Positions 42,652-53,241 of a stretch of 64,000 nucleotides of DNA are shown here, piece by piece. The stretch comes from an uncultured Pseudomonadales bacterium. GTDB lineage: Bacteria; Patescibacteriota; Microgenomatia; UBA1400; CAYXSR01. The notes beneath the pieces are model-generated. The model saw nothing but the letters and a program-made list of their open reading frames with translations, made no database searches and was not told the DNA's origin. Position 1 is the stretch's first letter; the number at the start of each line of letters is the position of its first letter. The stretch is from positions 14,784 through 78,783 of the forward strand of contig CAYSEI010000005.1 in assembly GCA_964430265.1 (NCBI GenBank), written 5' to 3'. Position numbers and translations under genes: made by a program.

Positions 42652-43227
42652 CTACCAATTTTGTGCCTTTTTTTCTAACCTCTGATGTCTTATCTTTAAC
42701 CTCTGGTACAATTCTTCTGACATATTGTTTTCAAAATTTTGCTGTACTTCCCAGTGTTTTGCCAGTGCTTTTTCTAAAGTTTTTTTTATGTTGTGATTTT
42801 CTATTTTTTCGGCATTCAAAAAAGTTCTTTCCAAATATTTTTCCGCTTTGGTAAATGTGGTTATTGCCAACTGTTCTTTATTTTTTTGTAATAATTTTTC
42901 TGCTGCAGCTGCTCTTTTGTCTGCATAAAGTAAAAGCAGTTTTGTTTTTTCAATCTGGTTACGTGATAATATAAGTTGAACTCTGTCTCGAACCATTTTC
43001 AGCCAATACAAAGGGTGATCAGGAAGAATTCCAGGATAAGCAAGAGTATAATCACTTTGTTTGCTTGCTTGTTTTTGCAAATGTTCAACTTCCTTTTCCT
43101 GCGCTTTTATCTCCTTTATTCCTTTAATATCCTGTCTTGGAACCCGAAAAAAAGAAATAGCTAAAATTGCAATTCCCAAAAACAAACCAATAACTGAAAA
43201 AATAATAAACGTACTTTTTAATTTCAT
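42652..43227 (-). CDS. Membrane-anchored hypothetical protein, coupled downstream of ATPase paralog B
   Basis: 191 aa; N-terminal TM FIIFSVIGLFLGIAILAISFF; helical remainder; start overlaps the ATPase stop by 4 nt. Confidence 0.45.
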   Translation of the reverse strand: MKLKSTFIIFSVIGLFLGIAILAISFFRVPRQDIKGIKEIKAQEKEVEHLQKQASKQSDYTLAYPGILPDHPLYWLKMVRDRVQLILSRNQIEKTKLLLLYADKRAAAAEKLLQKNKEQLAITTFTKAEKYLERTFLNAEKIENHNIKKTLEKALAKHWEVQQNFENNMSEELYQRLKIRHQRLEKKAQNW

Positions 43228-45386
43228 TTTTGCTCCTCTATAGGTTTAGTGTAGCGTTCGCTTGATATACGTAAAGCCTTTTTTCTATTCTGATTTTTAC
43301 ATTCAGGTAAAGGCAATGTTTTTGCATAGAAGGGTTTACATGTTTTTCTGTTAATCGAAAGCCGCAGTAATATCTCAAAATTATCCAATGCCACCAAATC
43401 TTCTTCTTCATATCTTTCTCCAAACTCGCGGGACAAATAATGTGCATCTTGTGCTCCTACCAGAAAGGAAGCTAATGTTCCTACATTCCCAAAAATTGCT
43501 TTTTGCATGTCATCAGTTAACTGACCCATATATTGATTAGCAACAGAGATATTAAGACGGTATTTTCTTGCTTCGGACAAAATTTTTACAAAAGAGGAAG
43601 TGGCAAAGTTCTGAAACTCATCAACATACAAATAAAAGTCACGTCTTTTTTCTTCGTCCATATCGACCCTGCTCATAGCAGCCAACTGCATTTTGGTTAT
43701 TAGCATTGCTCCTAAAAGTGCAGCATTGTCTTCTCCAATTTTTCCTTGGGAAAGATTGATAATTAATATTTTCCCTTCATCCATAAATTCCTTTAAGTCA
43801 ATAGTTGAATGCGGATGACCAATAATATTTCTTATAGTTGGTGAATTAACAAACTGTCCAACCTTATTTTGTATTGGTGACACAGCTTGAGAACGCAGTC
43901 TTTCAGACATTTTATTAAATTCGTTATACCAGAAATTTTTTAAAGTATCATCACAATATTTATCTACCACTTTTTTGCGGAATACATCATCTGAAAGTAT
44001 TTTTAGAACATCCTCTAAAGTACTTTGGGGACGTTTTACTAATGTCAGCAGAGCGTTTCTAAAAATATATTCCATGCGCGGTCCCCAGGAATAGTGGTAA
44101 AGCTTATGAAAGATTGATACAATTCCCGAAGCTACAAGTTCTGCATGCTCTTTATTCCTCACCTGCAAAGGATTTAAGTGAAATGCTCGTTTATTGTCCG
44201 ACGGGTCAAGATAACAAACATCATTTAATCGATGTGAGGGAATATAGTCCAAAAGAATCTCGCAAAGGTCACCGTGTGGATCCAGAACCGCCATTCCATT
44301 GTTGCTCTGCATATCATTAATTGCCATATTAGCAATCATCGTAGATTTACCTACACCGGTTTTCCCAATAATATACATATGCCTGCGTCTATCTTCTTTT
44401 TTTATACCAAAGTTTGCTGTTTTGTTTTTATATTCAGTTTGAGCAAAAAAGTTGATTTTTTCTTTTTCTTCATCCGTAAGACCTTCAGAAGTCGGCAAAT
44501 CCTCAGGTGGTTCCCCAATTATCTTCCCACCCCAGGAAATATTGCGTATTTTAGAAAGTTTCTCATTAGGAAAATGGTATACTGTTGCCAACTCTTCAAT
44601 ATTTAAGTATTGATATCTTGGTGTCGGTTTAAACTCTCTATTTTTAATAGAATTCAAAAGCCTTTTTTTTAACAGCTTGGGTTTTTTTAGACGCAAGCTA
44701 TTTCCTTCCCCAAGTGTAAATGAACCAAAACTGCCTGCAAGATGGTTTAAAAACTTGGAGCTTGAATTTTCATTGACCGAAATTGCCAAAAGCCTCATAC
44801 CAGCATGCATCGCCTTGTGTGATATTTTTTGTGTGATTAACCCTGATTGGGGATGCGAGCGAGTACTCTGACCATCCGGTGAGGGAACTCCTTTGTTTAG
44901 TATTTTCCTGGCAGCATTTTCATAAGAAGATCCAACCGGAGCAATCACTAACTGAAAAAGCGCCCTGTCTTTAGGTCCTGCTTTAGAAAGAGTTCCCAGA
45001 AATGCAGCTAATGGATCAATCTCGCGAAAGTCATTATATGTTTTTAAAGGAAACCAATATGCTTTATCCAAAACCAACTGACCAAAATCAGCTTTTTCCA
45101 AGTCCCAATTTTTCAAGTAATCCTTTATTTTTGCATAATTAGATTTAGGATATTGAGCAGTTAATTGAGAAGTAAAATATGGCTCGAACTCTTTTTCCAA
45201 CACACTGTAAAAATGAATTGTTTGTTTTTCCAAAACAATTTCAAAAACTACACATTTACGTTTCCCAAATAATTTTTGCCAAAAAGAGGATTTATAATTA
45301 GACAAACCGGCAAAGATTCCGGCCATTGATTCAGGAGTCTCTTCACTATTTCGGGGAATTTTAATCTCAAGAATATTTTTTTCCAT
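43224..45386 (-). CDS. VirD4/TraG-like type IV coupling-protein family ATPase with a novel N-domain (paralog B)
   Basis: MYIIGKTGVGKSTMIA Walker A; FYLYVDEFQNFAT Walker B; ISVANQYMGQLTDDMQKAIFGNVGTLASF block; N-domain homologous to paralog A but without an N-terminal TM. Confidence 0.55.
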   Translation of the reverse strand: MEKNILEIKIPRNSEETPESMAGIFAGLSNYKSSFWQKLFGKRKCVVFEIVLEKQTIHFYSVLEKEFEPYFTSQLTAQYPKSNYAKIKDYLKNWDLEKADFGQLVLDKAYWFPLKTYNDFREIDPLAAFLGTLSKAGPKDRALFQLVIAPVGSSYENAARKILNKGVPSPDGQSTRSHPQSGLITQKISHKAMHAGMRLLAISVNENSSSKFLNHLAGSFGSFTLGEGNSLRLKKPKLLKKRLLNSIKNREFKPTPRYQYLNIEELATVYHFPNEKLSKIRNISWGGKIIGEPPEDLPTSEGLTDEEKEKINFFAQTEYKNKTANFGIKKEDRRRHMYIIGKTGVGKSTMIANMAINDMQSNNGMAVLDPHGDLCEILLDYIPSHRLNDVCYLDPSDNKRAFHLNPLQVRNKEHAELVASGIVSIFHKLYHYSWGPRMEYIFRNALLTLVKRPQSTLEDVLKILSDDVFRKKVVDKYCDDTLKNFWYNEFNKMSERLRSQAVSPIQNKVGQFVNSPTIRNIIGHPHSTIDLKEFMDEGKILIINLSQGKIGEDNAALLGAMLITKMQLAAMSRVDMDEEKRRDFYLYVDEFQNFATSSFVKILSEARKYRLNISVANQYMGQLTDDMQKAIFGNVGTLASFLVGAQDAHYLSREFGERYEEEDLVALDNFEILLRLSINRKTCKPFYAKTLPLPECKNQNRKKALRISSERYTKPIEEQK

Positions 45387-45427
45387 GCCTTTATTTTAAC
45401 ACATCTTAAAATATTTGATACAAAATA

Positions 45428-46225
45428 TTATCTCTCATGCATAAAATCATAAGGGCTTTTTAATTCTAGGTCTTTTGCTTTTTTTTGTGCTTCATATGCG
45501 TCTTTTTCTACTTCTAATTTTTCACTTCGAACAAGATAATGAAAAGCCAATCCAAATGTAGGAAGCAAAACTGGTTGCAAACCAGGACAAATACTTTCCA
45601 TAGATCTTAGAGCTGCAGCAGTAGCAAGAAATAATACAAAAAAACGGCGTGAGATCTTTTTCCTCTCAATATATTTCTCTAAATCCTCTGGCTTTTCCAT
45701 GGCTTGAATCAAATGATAGAACTCATGCTCAGTTGCTGTCTGAACCAATTGCTTATATGCTGCTATCCGTACATCCTCTGACATTTTCGAATATTCTTTA
45801 ACCTGAAAACTATCCATGTTAGAATAATTGAAGTTAATTTTTTCTAAGTTTGCACCAAGTCCAGCAATATTTACCATTAATCTATAATTTCCATTCTCTA
45901 TTGGCTTAATCGCTCCTCCTAATAACCCTTTAGGAACCATATTGATTACGCGATGAAAAATTTTTCTTAAACGAGTATCTTCTATTTGACTTTCACTTGG
46001 CTCACAAAGTTCAAAATCAACATGCTCATGGAAAAAGCTTTTTGCTTCCTCTCTATTTCTCCCAAAATGTTCAGCAAAATCTCCAAAACTCTCTTGAAGT
46101 CTCCTTCTTGAAGTTTCTATATGTATAAATTCCCCAGTGGAAAGACGCACTGTATCTTTATAAATCTTATTTTTTTCTTCTGCTTCAGCATGAATTTCCG
46201 AAGTTTCAATTCCTGCTTCTTCCAT
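45428..46225 (-). CDS. Hypothetical protein with an HExxH zinc-metallopeptidase-like motif, upstream of ATPase paralog B
   Basis: 265 aa; TEHEFYHLIQ (HExxH) and C-terminal hydrophobic helices. Confidence 0.35.
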   Translation of the reverse strand: MEEAGIETSEIHAEAEEKNKIYKDTVRLSTGEFIHIETSRRRLQESFGDFAEHFGRNREEAKSFFHEHVDFELCEPSESQIEDTRLRKIFHRVINMVPKGLLGGAIKPIENGNYRLMVNIAGLGANLEKINFNYSNMDSFQVKEYSKMSEDVRIAAYKQLVQTATEHEFYHLIQAMEKPEDLEKYIERKKISRRFFVLFLATAAALRSMESICPGLQPVLLPTFGLAFHYLVRSEKLEVEKDAYEAQKKAKDLELKSPYDFMHER

Positions 46226-46282
46226 AGTTTAATTATAAAGCTTTAGCAATTTTTTTGCTATAAAACATGTTTAATCCTGCTT

Positions 46283-47353
46283 TTATAAAATAACATTTAA
46301 TTTGTTTGTACATTTCTTACAAAAAACACCTGCATCTGTTACTTTTAATCCAGACAAATCCGGTTGCCATCCCATTCTTTCAACTACTGTTTTATTACAC
46401 TTTGGACAGATCGTATCTCCCATAGCAAAACCTCTGGATCCTCTTCCACTTGGCGCCCAAACATAAACATGTTTAAGTCCGGCATCAAGACCTATTTTGT
46501 ATGCTTGTCTTAGTTTGTCAACTGACGTCTCTTCAATTTGCTGAAAATCTTTATCTGGTGCTAGTTCAGGAGAGAAACGGGACAAATGCCAGGGAACCTC
46601 ATCTCCTAACTTCTCCGTAATCCAATTGGCAATATTTTCTAATTCTTCTTCAGAATCATTTATTCCAGGGATTACCAATGTTGTTAACTCTGTAAAAATA
46701 TTAAACTCATTTACAACCTTTTCTGTAAGTTTTAAAACATTACCAAAATATGCTCCCATATCTGAATATGTTTTTCTGGTAAATCCTTTGATATCAATGT
46801 TGCAAGCATCAATCACCGGAGCCAATTTATTCAAGCTTTCTTCAGTCCATGAACCGTTGCTAACATAAACAGTGTATAAACCTTTTTCTTTTGCCAGTTT
46901 GGCAACATCATAAACATATTCCGGCCAAATTGAAGGCTCATTGTATGTAAAAGCAATGCCGGGAATGTTTCTTTCAATTGCTAAATCCACCATCTCTTCC
47001 GGCCTAACAATATCTTCTTCCTTTCCTTCTTTTAATTTGTTTAGGATATTTGTTGCCGGCTGTCCCCATGAACAACTGAAATTTAAACACTGCTTACAAC
47101 GATAATTGCACCCATAAGAGCCTATGGACAAAACTTCTGTCCCTGGATAAAAATGGTAAAGTGGTTTTTTTTCAATCGGATCAACATTGGAAGCACTTAA
47201 AATCCCATATATTAAAGAATACAATTCTCCTTCTTTGTTCAAACGTGTTTTACAAACACCAACATCCCCATTGCCTATTTCACAATACCATTGACATGCC
47301 TGACATTTAACTTTTTTATTCTCTAATTGTTTGTAAATTCTTGCTTTTTTCAT
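46283..47353 (-). CDS. Radical SAM enzyme, AmmeMemoRadiSam-system (AmrS) / PFL-activase-like
   Basis: N-terminal CQACQWYCEI...GVCKTR; DPIEKKPLYHFYPG; GCNYRCKQC radical-SAM cluster; C-terminal CPKC...CKKC. Confidence 0.65.
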   Translation of the reverse strand: MKKARIYKQLENKKVKCQACQWYCEIGNGDVGVCKTRLNKEGELYSLIYGILSASNVDPIEKKPLYHFYPGTEVLSIGSYGCNYRCKQCLNFSCSWGQPATNILNKLKEGKEEDIVRPEEMVDLAIERNIPGIAFTYNEPSIWPEYVYDVAKLAKEKGLYTVYVSNGSWTEESLNKLAPVIDACNIDIKGFTRKTYSDMGAYFGNVLKLTEKVVNEFNIFTELTTLVIPGINDSEEELENIANWITEKLGDEVPWHLSRFSPELAPDKDFQQIEETSVDKLRQAYKIGLDAGLKHVYVWAPSGRGSRGFAMGDTICPKCNKTVVERMGWQPDLSGLKVTDAGVFCKKCTNKLNVIL

Positions 47354-47451
47354 CTTAAATATATTATATCTTTACCTACGGCAGATTTAAAATGCTCTCA
47401 TATCCAAAGATTTCAGATAACATAAAAGTAAAAACGCGAAAAGATTTAAAC

Positions 47452-48330
47452 TTATTCTTTAAAATTTTCCATTATTGTATTGCTTCTGTCTTGAGGATGA
47501 AAAAAAGCAGCATGATAACTTATTTTTTCATTAGTAATTTTCTTTCTCATATATATAAATTGTATTTTGAATAAGAGTTTATCAATAAAATCAAGGAAAC
47601 TTTTTAAAATTACATTTTTTGTTCCTGGTTTATCCAGAAGGTTTTGTTTTTTCAGCTCTTTATATATATTGGGCCAATATTCTTCTACCCAATTGTTACT
47701 TTTAATAAACTGCTGATAAGCTTTTTGTTTATTTACCAACGGTTTTATCTGGCAAATCTCATGTGCTGTATATGCATTTTTCTGCTTTATCTCTAAACTG
47801 GATTGATCCAAAAAAAGATTTAAGCAAATTTTGTCTTTTATTTTTTTGTCTAACGGTCTGCGACGTTTACCCAATAACTCTAAAATAAGAATACACAAAA
47901 AACGACTGATCCATAAGCGATTTTTTGCTGTAGTTATAAAAAGATCTATATCTTCATTTTTATCACAGTTTTCCATTGCCAGAGATCCGCTAACTGCAAT
48001 CATTTTAATAAAGGGGATTTTTGCCAAAATATGACTATATTTTCCTGCTGTTTTTAATTTTTTACTAGAAAAATGTTCTCTTTTTTTCCTTTTTTCAATG
48101 ATATTTTTCTTATTGGGAAAAAAATAGTACTTTTCTTTTTTTTTGACTTTGTTTTTTTTTATTAAACTTTTTAGTTTCCTATATACTTCATTCTTTTTTG
48201 CTTTTTTTTTATACAACCATAAATACACTTGTCTCCTATTTAATGGATAATCAAAAAGTTGATGATATTGCAAAGACTTTAAAATGGCTTTTTCCATTTT
48301 ATTGTGCAGTTGTATTCTCAGGACTGGCAA
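47452..48330 (-). CDS. Hypothetical Lys-rich protein with a Pol-beta-type nucleotidyltransferase motif
   Basis: AVSGSLAMENCDKNEDIDLFI (GS-x9-DxD) motif. Confidence 0.35.
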   Translation of the reverse strand: MPVLRIQLHNKMEKAILKSLQYHQLFDYPLNRRQVYLWLYKKKAKKNEVYRKLKSLIKKNKVKKKEKYYFFPNKKNIIEKRKKREHFSSKKLKTAGKYSHILAKIPFIKMIAVSGSLAMENCDKNEDIDLFITTAKNRLWISRFLCILILELLGKRRRPLDKKIKDKICLNLFLDQSSLEIKQKNAYTAHEICQIKPLVNKQKAYQQFIKSNNWVEEYWPNIYKELKKQNLLDKPGTKNVILKSFLDFIDKLLFKIQFIYMRKKITNEKISYHAAFFHPQDRSNTIMENFKE

Positions 48331-50023
48331 TTCCGTAGCTGGAAAGCACCTGTTTTACGCCTGAAGCAGCAGTAGTCAAAACCTCTTTTGCTTCCTGCCC
48401 TTCTAAATATCCGTTTACGGCATTTTCATAATATTTAATAATCCTGTCATTGATACCATTATCAAAAGTACGGGAGCATAAATACCATGACTCTGCATAA
48501 GGTCCTTGTTTTACAAAAGAATATACAATGGGATCGTCCTGCAACTGCGATGCCATATCTACTCTTGGATAAGGTTCTCCAAAACGCCTCATTCCAGATG
48601 CTGCACTGTAAAAAGTATTTAAGGCTTTTTGTGTTGACATAAACTCTAAAAATTTCCAGGCTTCTTTTTTTTCTTTGCTTTTTTCCCAAACACCTTCCGC
48701 CCAATAGGTTGCCCAAGCAATTTTTTCGCCTGGCAGCTGTGGTACAGGTACAGTTGCATAGTTAAGATCCTCACTTATTTCATTAATTTGATGTGCACGC
48801 CAGGAAGGAGCAAAAATCATAGCAACTTTTCCAGTTGCAAATGCATATATTGAATTTGGCAATGTCTCATCCCAAACCTTATCCTTTTCAGCAAATATAG
48901 TATAAAACTTAAGTGCGTCTGTTGACAGTTCAGAAGATGGCTCTGCAGGATTCGCTCCATTCTGTAGCATCATCAACCCTAAAATATCGCTCCAGTGCTC
49001 TACATTATTGGTAGTACCCAAGGCAACTCCAGCAGTATGAATTTTCCCTGTATCATCTTTTACTGTCAAATCAACAGCCAACTGCCGCAAATCTTCCCAA
49101 GTTGATGGTGGAGTCTCATTGGCCTGCTCCAAAAGTTCTTGGTTGTAATACAAAGCCAAACTATCAAAATATATTGGAATCCCCATTATTTCTTGATTAG
49201 TCGTTAAGTTTTTGGAAACTACAGGATAATAATTAGTGGATAAGTTTATTGATTCCTTTACATCATTGGGTGCAACATCCAAATCGTTTTTAAGCATTGG
49301 CACCCAAGTATTGTGAAAACGAAAAATATCTGGTCCTTCACCTTTTGCTAATGCAGATTGCAAGCGTTCTCGATAATCTTCTTTTGACTGCTGAGTATAT
49401 TGAATATTAACGTTGGGGTTTTCCTTTTTATATTCAGCAATTAATTGGGACATTACCTGCTCTGGCTCCCATAATCCCCAATATACTAAATCAACTGTTT
49501 TTCCTGGAGCTGAAACGCCTCCTCCATCACTACCTCCTTCACCAGTAAGAAGTTGTTTACCTTTATTAATCAAACCCGGCAAAACTTTAAACCCAACAAA
49601 AAACAAGATAATCCCTATTACAGCCACTACAATAATTGGGGTAACTTTTTTAAATGGAGATTGTTTAATAAAATTATTTTCTGACGAAGTAGCCGGTTGC
49701 TTATTTTTTTTCTTTTTTGCACTGGCAAAATCCTCTGACTGTATATTCTCTTGCTTCACTTCCTTTTTCTCTTTTTCCAGTGTATCTTTAGGTGCAGGAA
49801 TTGAAGAACTAGTATCTTTTTTTTCAGTATCATTATTATCAGAAAACTCCGTAGGCAAAGGCTGATTTTCTGTTTCTTTTTTTGGTGGGCTAGGCTTTTT
49901 TTGTACCGGATGTTCTTCAACTTCAATCCAAGGAGGTTTTATTTCTCCTGAGGTTTCTTCAGTTTGTTGAGAAGGTTTGACAGGTTGCTTTAAATCCTTC
50001 TCCTCCTGGTTGTTATCTTTCAT
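48299..50023 (-). CDS. ABC transporter substrate-binding protein (family 1, sugar-type), membrane-anchored
   Basis: Long K/E-rich N-terminus, one TM, then VDLVYWGLWEPE...IYFDSLALYYN typical of SBP_bac_1. Confidence 0.7.
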   Translation of the reverse strand: MKDNNQEEKDLKQPVKPSQQTEETSGEIKPPWIEVEEHPVQKKPSPPKKETENQPLPTEFSDNNDTEKKDTSSSIPAPKDTLEKEKKEVKQENIQSEDFASAKKKKNKQPATSSENNFIKQSPFKKVTPIIVVAVIGIILFFVGFKVLPGLINKGKQLLTGEGGSDGGGVSAPGKTVDLVYWGLWEPEQVMSQLIAEYKKENPNVNIQYTQQSKEDYRERLQSALAKGEGPDIFRFHNTWVPMLKNDLDVAPNDVKESINLSTNYYPVVSKNLTTNQEIMGIPIYFDSLALYYNQELLEQANETPPSTWEDLRQLAVDLTVKDDTGKIHTAGVALGTTNNVEHWSDILGLMMLQNGANPAEPSSELSTDALKFYTIFAEKDKVWDETLPNSIYAFATGKVAMIFAPSWRAHQINEISEDLNYATVPVPQLPGEKIAWATYWAEGVWEKSKEKKEAWKFLEFMSTQKALNTFYSAASGMRRFGEPYPRVDMASQLQDDPIVYSFVKQGPYAESWYLCSRTFDNGINDRIIKYYENAVNGYLEGQEAKEVLTTAASGVKQVLSSYGIASPENTTAQ

Positions 50024-50058
50024 TATTTACCTTTTTCTGATATTTTAAAAGGAGACCT

Positions 50059-51813
50059 ATGTTTATAATAAACAAGATGTCCCATACATTTCAAGCGGCT
50101 ATTTTAATTCTAGCCACTTTACTGCTATTTGCAAGTCTATTCTTAATAACTTTCTTTGTTTTAACACAAAAAAGAATATTTCCTAATATAAGCGTTGCTG
50201 AATATTATCTTGGTTGCAAAGATAAACATAATGCAAGCCAAGAGCTTGAAAAATATTTTCAGGAGAAAAAGCAAGAAAAATTGATCTTTAGCTATCAAAA
50301 TAATACTTATCAGATATCAACAAATGCAATTGAATTAAATTATTTAGCAGACGAAAGTGTGGAAAAAGCTTTTCAAATTACTAGAAACCAAGACTTGTTC
50401 AAAAATTTAAAAATAAAATTTCAGGCATTAAAAAATAGCTTCAACCTTAAACCAGAATTTAAATACAATCAACAAAAATGGGAGCAAAAAACAGCTTCTT
50501 TTAGTGCAGAGTTGACTAATCCTCCTATCCCTCCCTCTTTGAAACTAGAGAATAATCAAATTCAGGTTGACAAAGGTCGTGAAGGTCAAGAAATTGAAAA
50601 AGAAAAACTAACAAAAAACATGGAAAGGAATTTAGCTGAATTTGCAGAAAAAGAAATTAATATTCCCATTAAAACAGTTAAACTAGATTTAAGTGAAGAA
50701 CAGATAGAAAACACTATTCTAAGAGCTGAGCAATTAATAGGTAAAAAAATTGAATTAAAAATAAACGGAGATACATGGATATTAGAAGACAAAGATCTGA
50801 TAAATTTTATTTCTTTTAAAAATAGTTATAAAGATGAGAAAATAGCTTCCTGGAGTGCTGAATTGGCTAATGCGATTAAAACAGAACCGCAAAATGCCTT
50901 GTTCCGCTTTGAAAATAATAAAGTAATTGAATTCAAACCAGCAAAAAAAGGAAGAACTTTAAAAAAAGCAGAAACTGTTTCTTTAATTAAACAAGCCTTA
51001 CAAGGCCTGGAACAAGAACAAAACCAAATTGCCCAGATTACTTTGCCAATTAAATACACGGACCCAGAAATTCAAAACAATCAAGCAAATGATCTGGGCA
51101 TTCATGAACAAATTGGTAAAGGTGAATCATATTTCCGCGGTTCTGCGGCTTCAAGGATTTTTAATCTGGATTTAGCCTCCGGAAGGCTTAACGGAATCCT
51201 TGTTCCGCCCGGAGAAGAATTTTCCTTTAACAAAAACCTCGGAGAAATATCCCAGCAAACCGGATATAAACAATCATATATCATAAAAGAAGGCAAAACT
51301 GTTTTGGGAGATGGCGGCGGTGTATGCCAGGTTTCTACTACTCTTTTCCGTGCCGCTATAAACGCAGGCTTAGAAGTAACAGAAAGACATGCACATGCAT
51401 ATCGGGTACATTATTACGAACAAAACTCACCTCTTGGCCAAGACGCTACTGTTTATTCACCTTCCGTTGATTTTAAATTCAAAAACAATACACCCAAACA
51501 CATTCTTATTCAGCGAGAAATTGACAAAAGTAATTACTACCTATCTTTTCAAATTTATGGATCTGACGATGGCAGGGATATATATGTTTCTGATACTCGT
51601 GTCTGGGATAAAGCACCCGCCCCACCGCCAAGGTACCAAGAAACTCCTACCCTTCCAAAGGAAGAAATCAGACAAATTGACTGGGCTTCGCCGGGAGCAA
51701 AAGCATCCTTTGATTATAAGGTCACCTTAAATGATCAAGTACTACAGGAAAAAACATTCTATTCCTCTTATCAACCATGGCAAGCAGTTTACTTAAAGGG
51801 TATTGGTGAATAA
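50059..51813 (+). CDS. VanW-family protein
   Basis: N-terminal TM; C-terminal VanW domain GDGGGVCQVSTTLFRAAINAGLEVTERHAH. Confidence 0.7.
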   Translation: MFIINKMSHTFQAAILILATLLLFASLFLITFFVLTQKRIFPNISVAEYYLGCKDKHNASQELEKYFQEKKQEKLIFSYQNNTYQISTNAIELNYLADESVEKAFQITRNQDLFKNLKIKFQALKNSFNLKPEFKYNQQKWEQKTASFSAELTNPPIPPSLKLENNQIQVDKGREGQEIEKEKLTKNMERNLAEFAEKEINIPIKTVKLDLSEEQIENTILRAEQLIGKKIELKINGDTWILEDKDLINFISFKNSYKDEKIASWSAELANAIKTEPQNALFRFENNKVIEFKPAKKGRTLKKAETVSLIKQALQGLEQEQNQIAQITLPIKYTDPEIQNNQANDLGIHEQIGKGESYFRGSAASRIFNLDLASGRLNGILVPPGEEFSFNKNLGEISQQTGYKQSYIIKEGKTVLGDGGGVCQVSTTLFRAAINAGLEVTERHAHAYRVHYYEQNSPLGQDATVYSPSVDFKFKNNTPKHILIQREIDKSNYYLSFQIYGSDDGRDIYVSDTRVWDKAPAPPPRYQETPTLPKEEIRQIDWASPGAKASFDYKVTLNDQVLQEKTFYSSYQPWQAVYLKGIGE

Positions 51814-53224
51814 GCATTTTTATTTTCTTTTACCATTATTAATAATTCTAATAATTATCTTTATTCATCCTGTGGTAGGCTTAGACCAAGATTTAGGCAG
51901 ACATATTAAATTGGGTGAAATTATTTGGAAAAACAAATCAATACCAAAAACAAACCTTTTTTCTTATACCCATCCTAACTTTCCTTTTATTAATCACCAC
52001 TGGCTGCCAGAAGTGCTTTTTTACTTATTCCAAATTAATTTTGGTTTTAACTCTCTAATAATTTTTAAAACAATTATTTTAAGCTTAACTTTTTTTATTT
52101 TATCCTATTTTACTTATAAAAAAGCTCCACATTCTTTAACAATAATTTTTAGCTTACTTTCCTTAATGCTTTTTTCCCGTCGTTCGTGGATCAGGCCAGA
52201 AATGTTTTCTTATTTTTTCACCTCTATATATTTAATAGCTCTTTTTTTAAAGAAAGATACAAAAATCAAGTGGATACTCCCTTTAATTCAGCTTGTTTGG
52301 GTAAATTCACACATCTATTTTTTTATTGGCCCTTGCCTAGCTTTTTTTTATTTAATCAAGAATATTTTAGATAACAAAAATAAAATTAATAAAAACAAAA
52401 GTTCTTTTTTTATTTTTTTTCTTGTCTGCTTGAGCAATTTAATAAATCCCAACTTTTTAAAAGGAGCCTTTTATCCATTTTTTGTTTTGAAAAATTATGG
52501 TTATCAAATAGTTGAAAATCAAACTATTTTTTTCATGAGCCGTTATACCAGGAGTCTTTACCTACCCGTTTTTTGGTTAATGCTTTTACTTTGGATTTTT
52601 AGTGCTGCACTTAATAGAAAAAAACAAAACTTTTTTTCTGTTTCATCTTTGCTTTTCTTTACCGCAATGGTTTTTAAAGCAATCCGTAGCAGCGCTTTTT
52701 TTGCACTTGCTTTTTTACCTTTTACCTCTATCAATACTTATCAATTTGTCAGAAATATTAAACCAGAAATGAAAAAAAACCTCTTGTATGTACCACTGGT
52801 TTTACTTTTACCTCTACTTTTTCTTCTTGTTATTCAGAAACCGGAAACCACAAGTTTTGGGATTAAATCTAAAGGTAAAGAAGGCGTTGATTATGTTTTA
52901 AAAGAAAAACTCCAAGGACCAATATTTAATAATTTTGATATTGGTGGATATTTAATTTACCGCCTATATCCCGATTACAAAGTTTTTGTTGACAACCGCC
53001 CTGAGGCATATCCAAAAGATTTTTTTAGACAAGAATATATCCCTGCCCAGAATAACCCTGAGAAGTGGGAAGAGCTGGAAAAAAAGTATGGCTTTAAGTT
53101 GGTAATCTTTTCAAAAACAGACATTACTCCATGGGGAAGAAAATTTACACAATGGTTTCCCCAAAAAAAAGACTGGAAAGAAGTTTACTCAGACGATTAT
53201 TTGCTCATCCATAAAAAAATATGA
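51803..53224 (+). CDS. Polytopic membrane protein (possible GT-C-like glycosyltransferase) with a C-terminal soluble domain
   Basis: 473 aa, about 10 predicted TM helices rich in Phe/Leu; C-terminal about 110 aa hydrophilic. Confidence 0.35.
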   Translation: MVNKHFYFLLPLLIILIIIFIHPVVGLDQDLGRHIKLGEIIWKNKSIPKTNLFSYTHPNFPFINHHWLPEVLFYLFQINFGFNSLIIFKTIILSLTFFILSYFTYKKAPHSLTIIFSLLSLMLFSRRSWIRPEMFSYFFTSIYLIALFLKKDTKIKWILPLIQLVWVNSHIYFFIGPCLAFFYLIKNILDNKNKINKNKSSFFIFFLVCLSNLINPNFLKGAFYPFFVLKNYGYQIVENQTIFFMSRYTRSLYLPVFWLMLLLWIFSAALNRKKQNFFSVSSLLFFTAMVFKAIRSSAFFALAFLPFTSINTYQFVRNIKPEMKKNLLYVPLVLLLPLLFLLVIQKPETTSFGIKSKGKEGVDYVLKEKLQGPIFNNFDIGGYLIYRLYPDYKVFVDNRPEAYPKDFFRQEYIPAQNNPEKWEELEKKYGFKLVIFSKTDITPWGRKFTQWFPQKKDWKEVYSDDYLLIHKKI

Positions 53225-53241
53225 TAAAATTGGGGTTGTTC

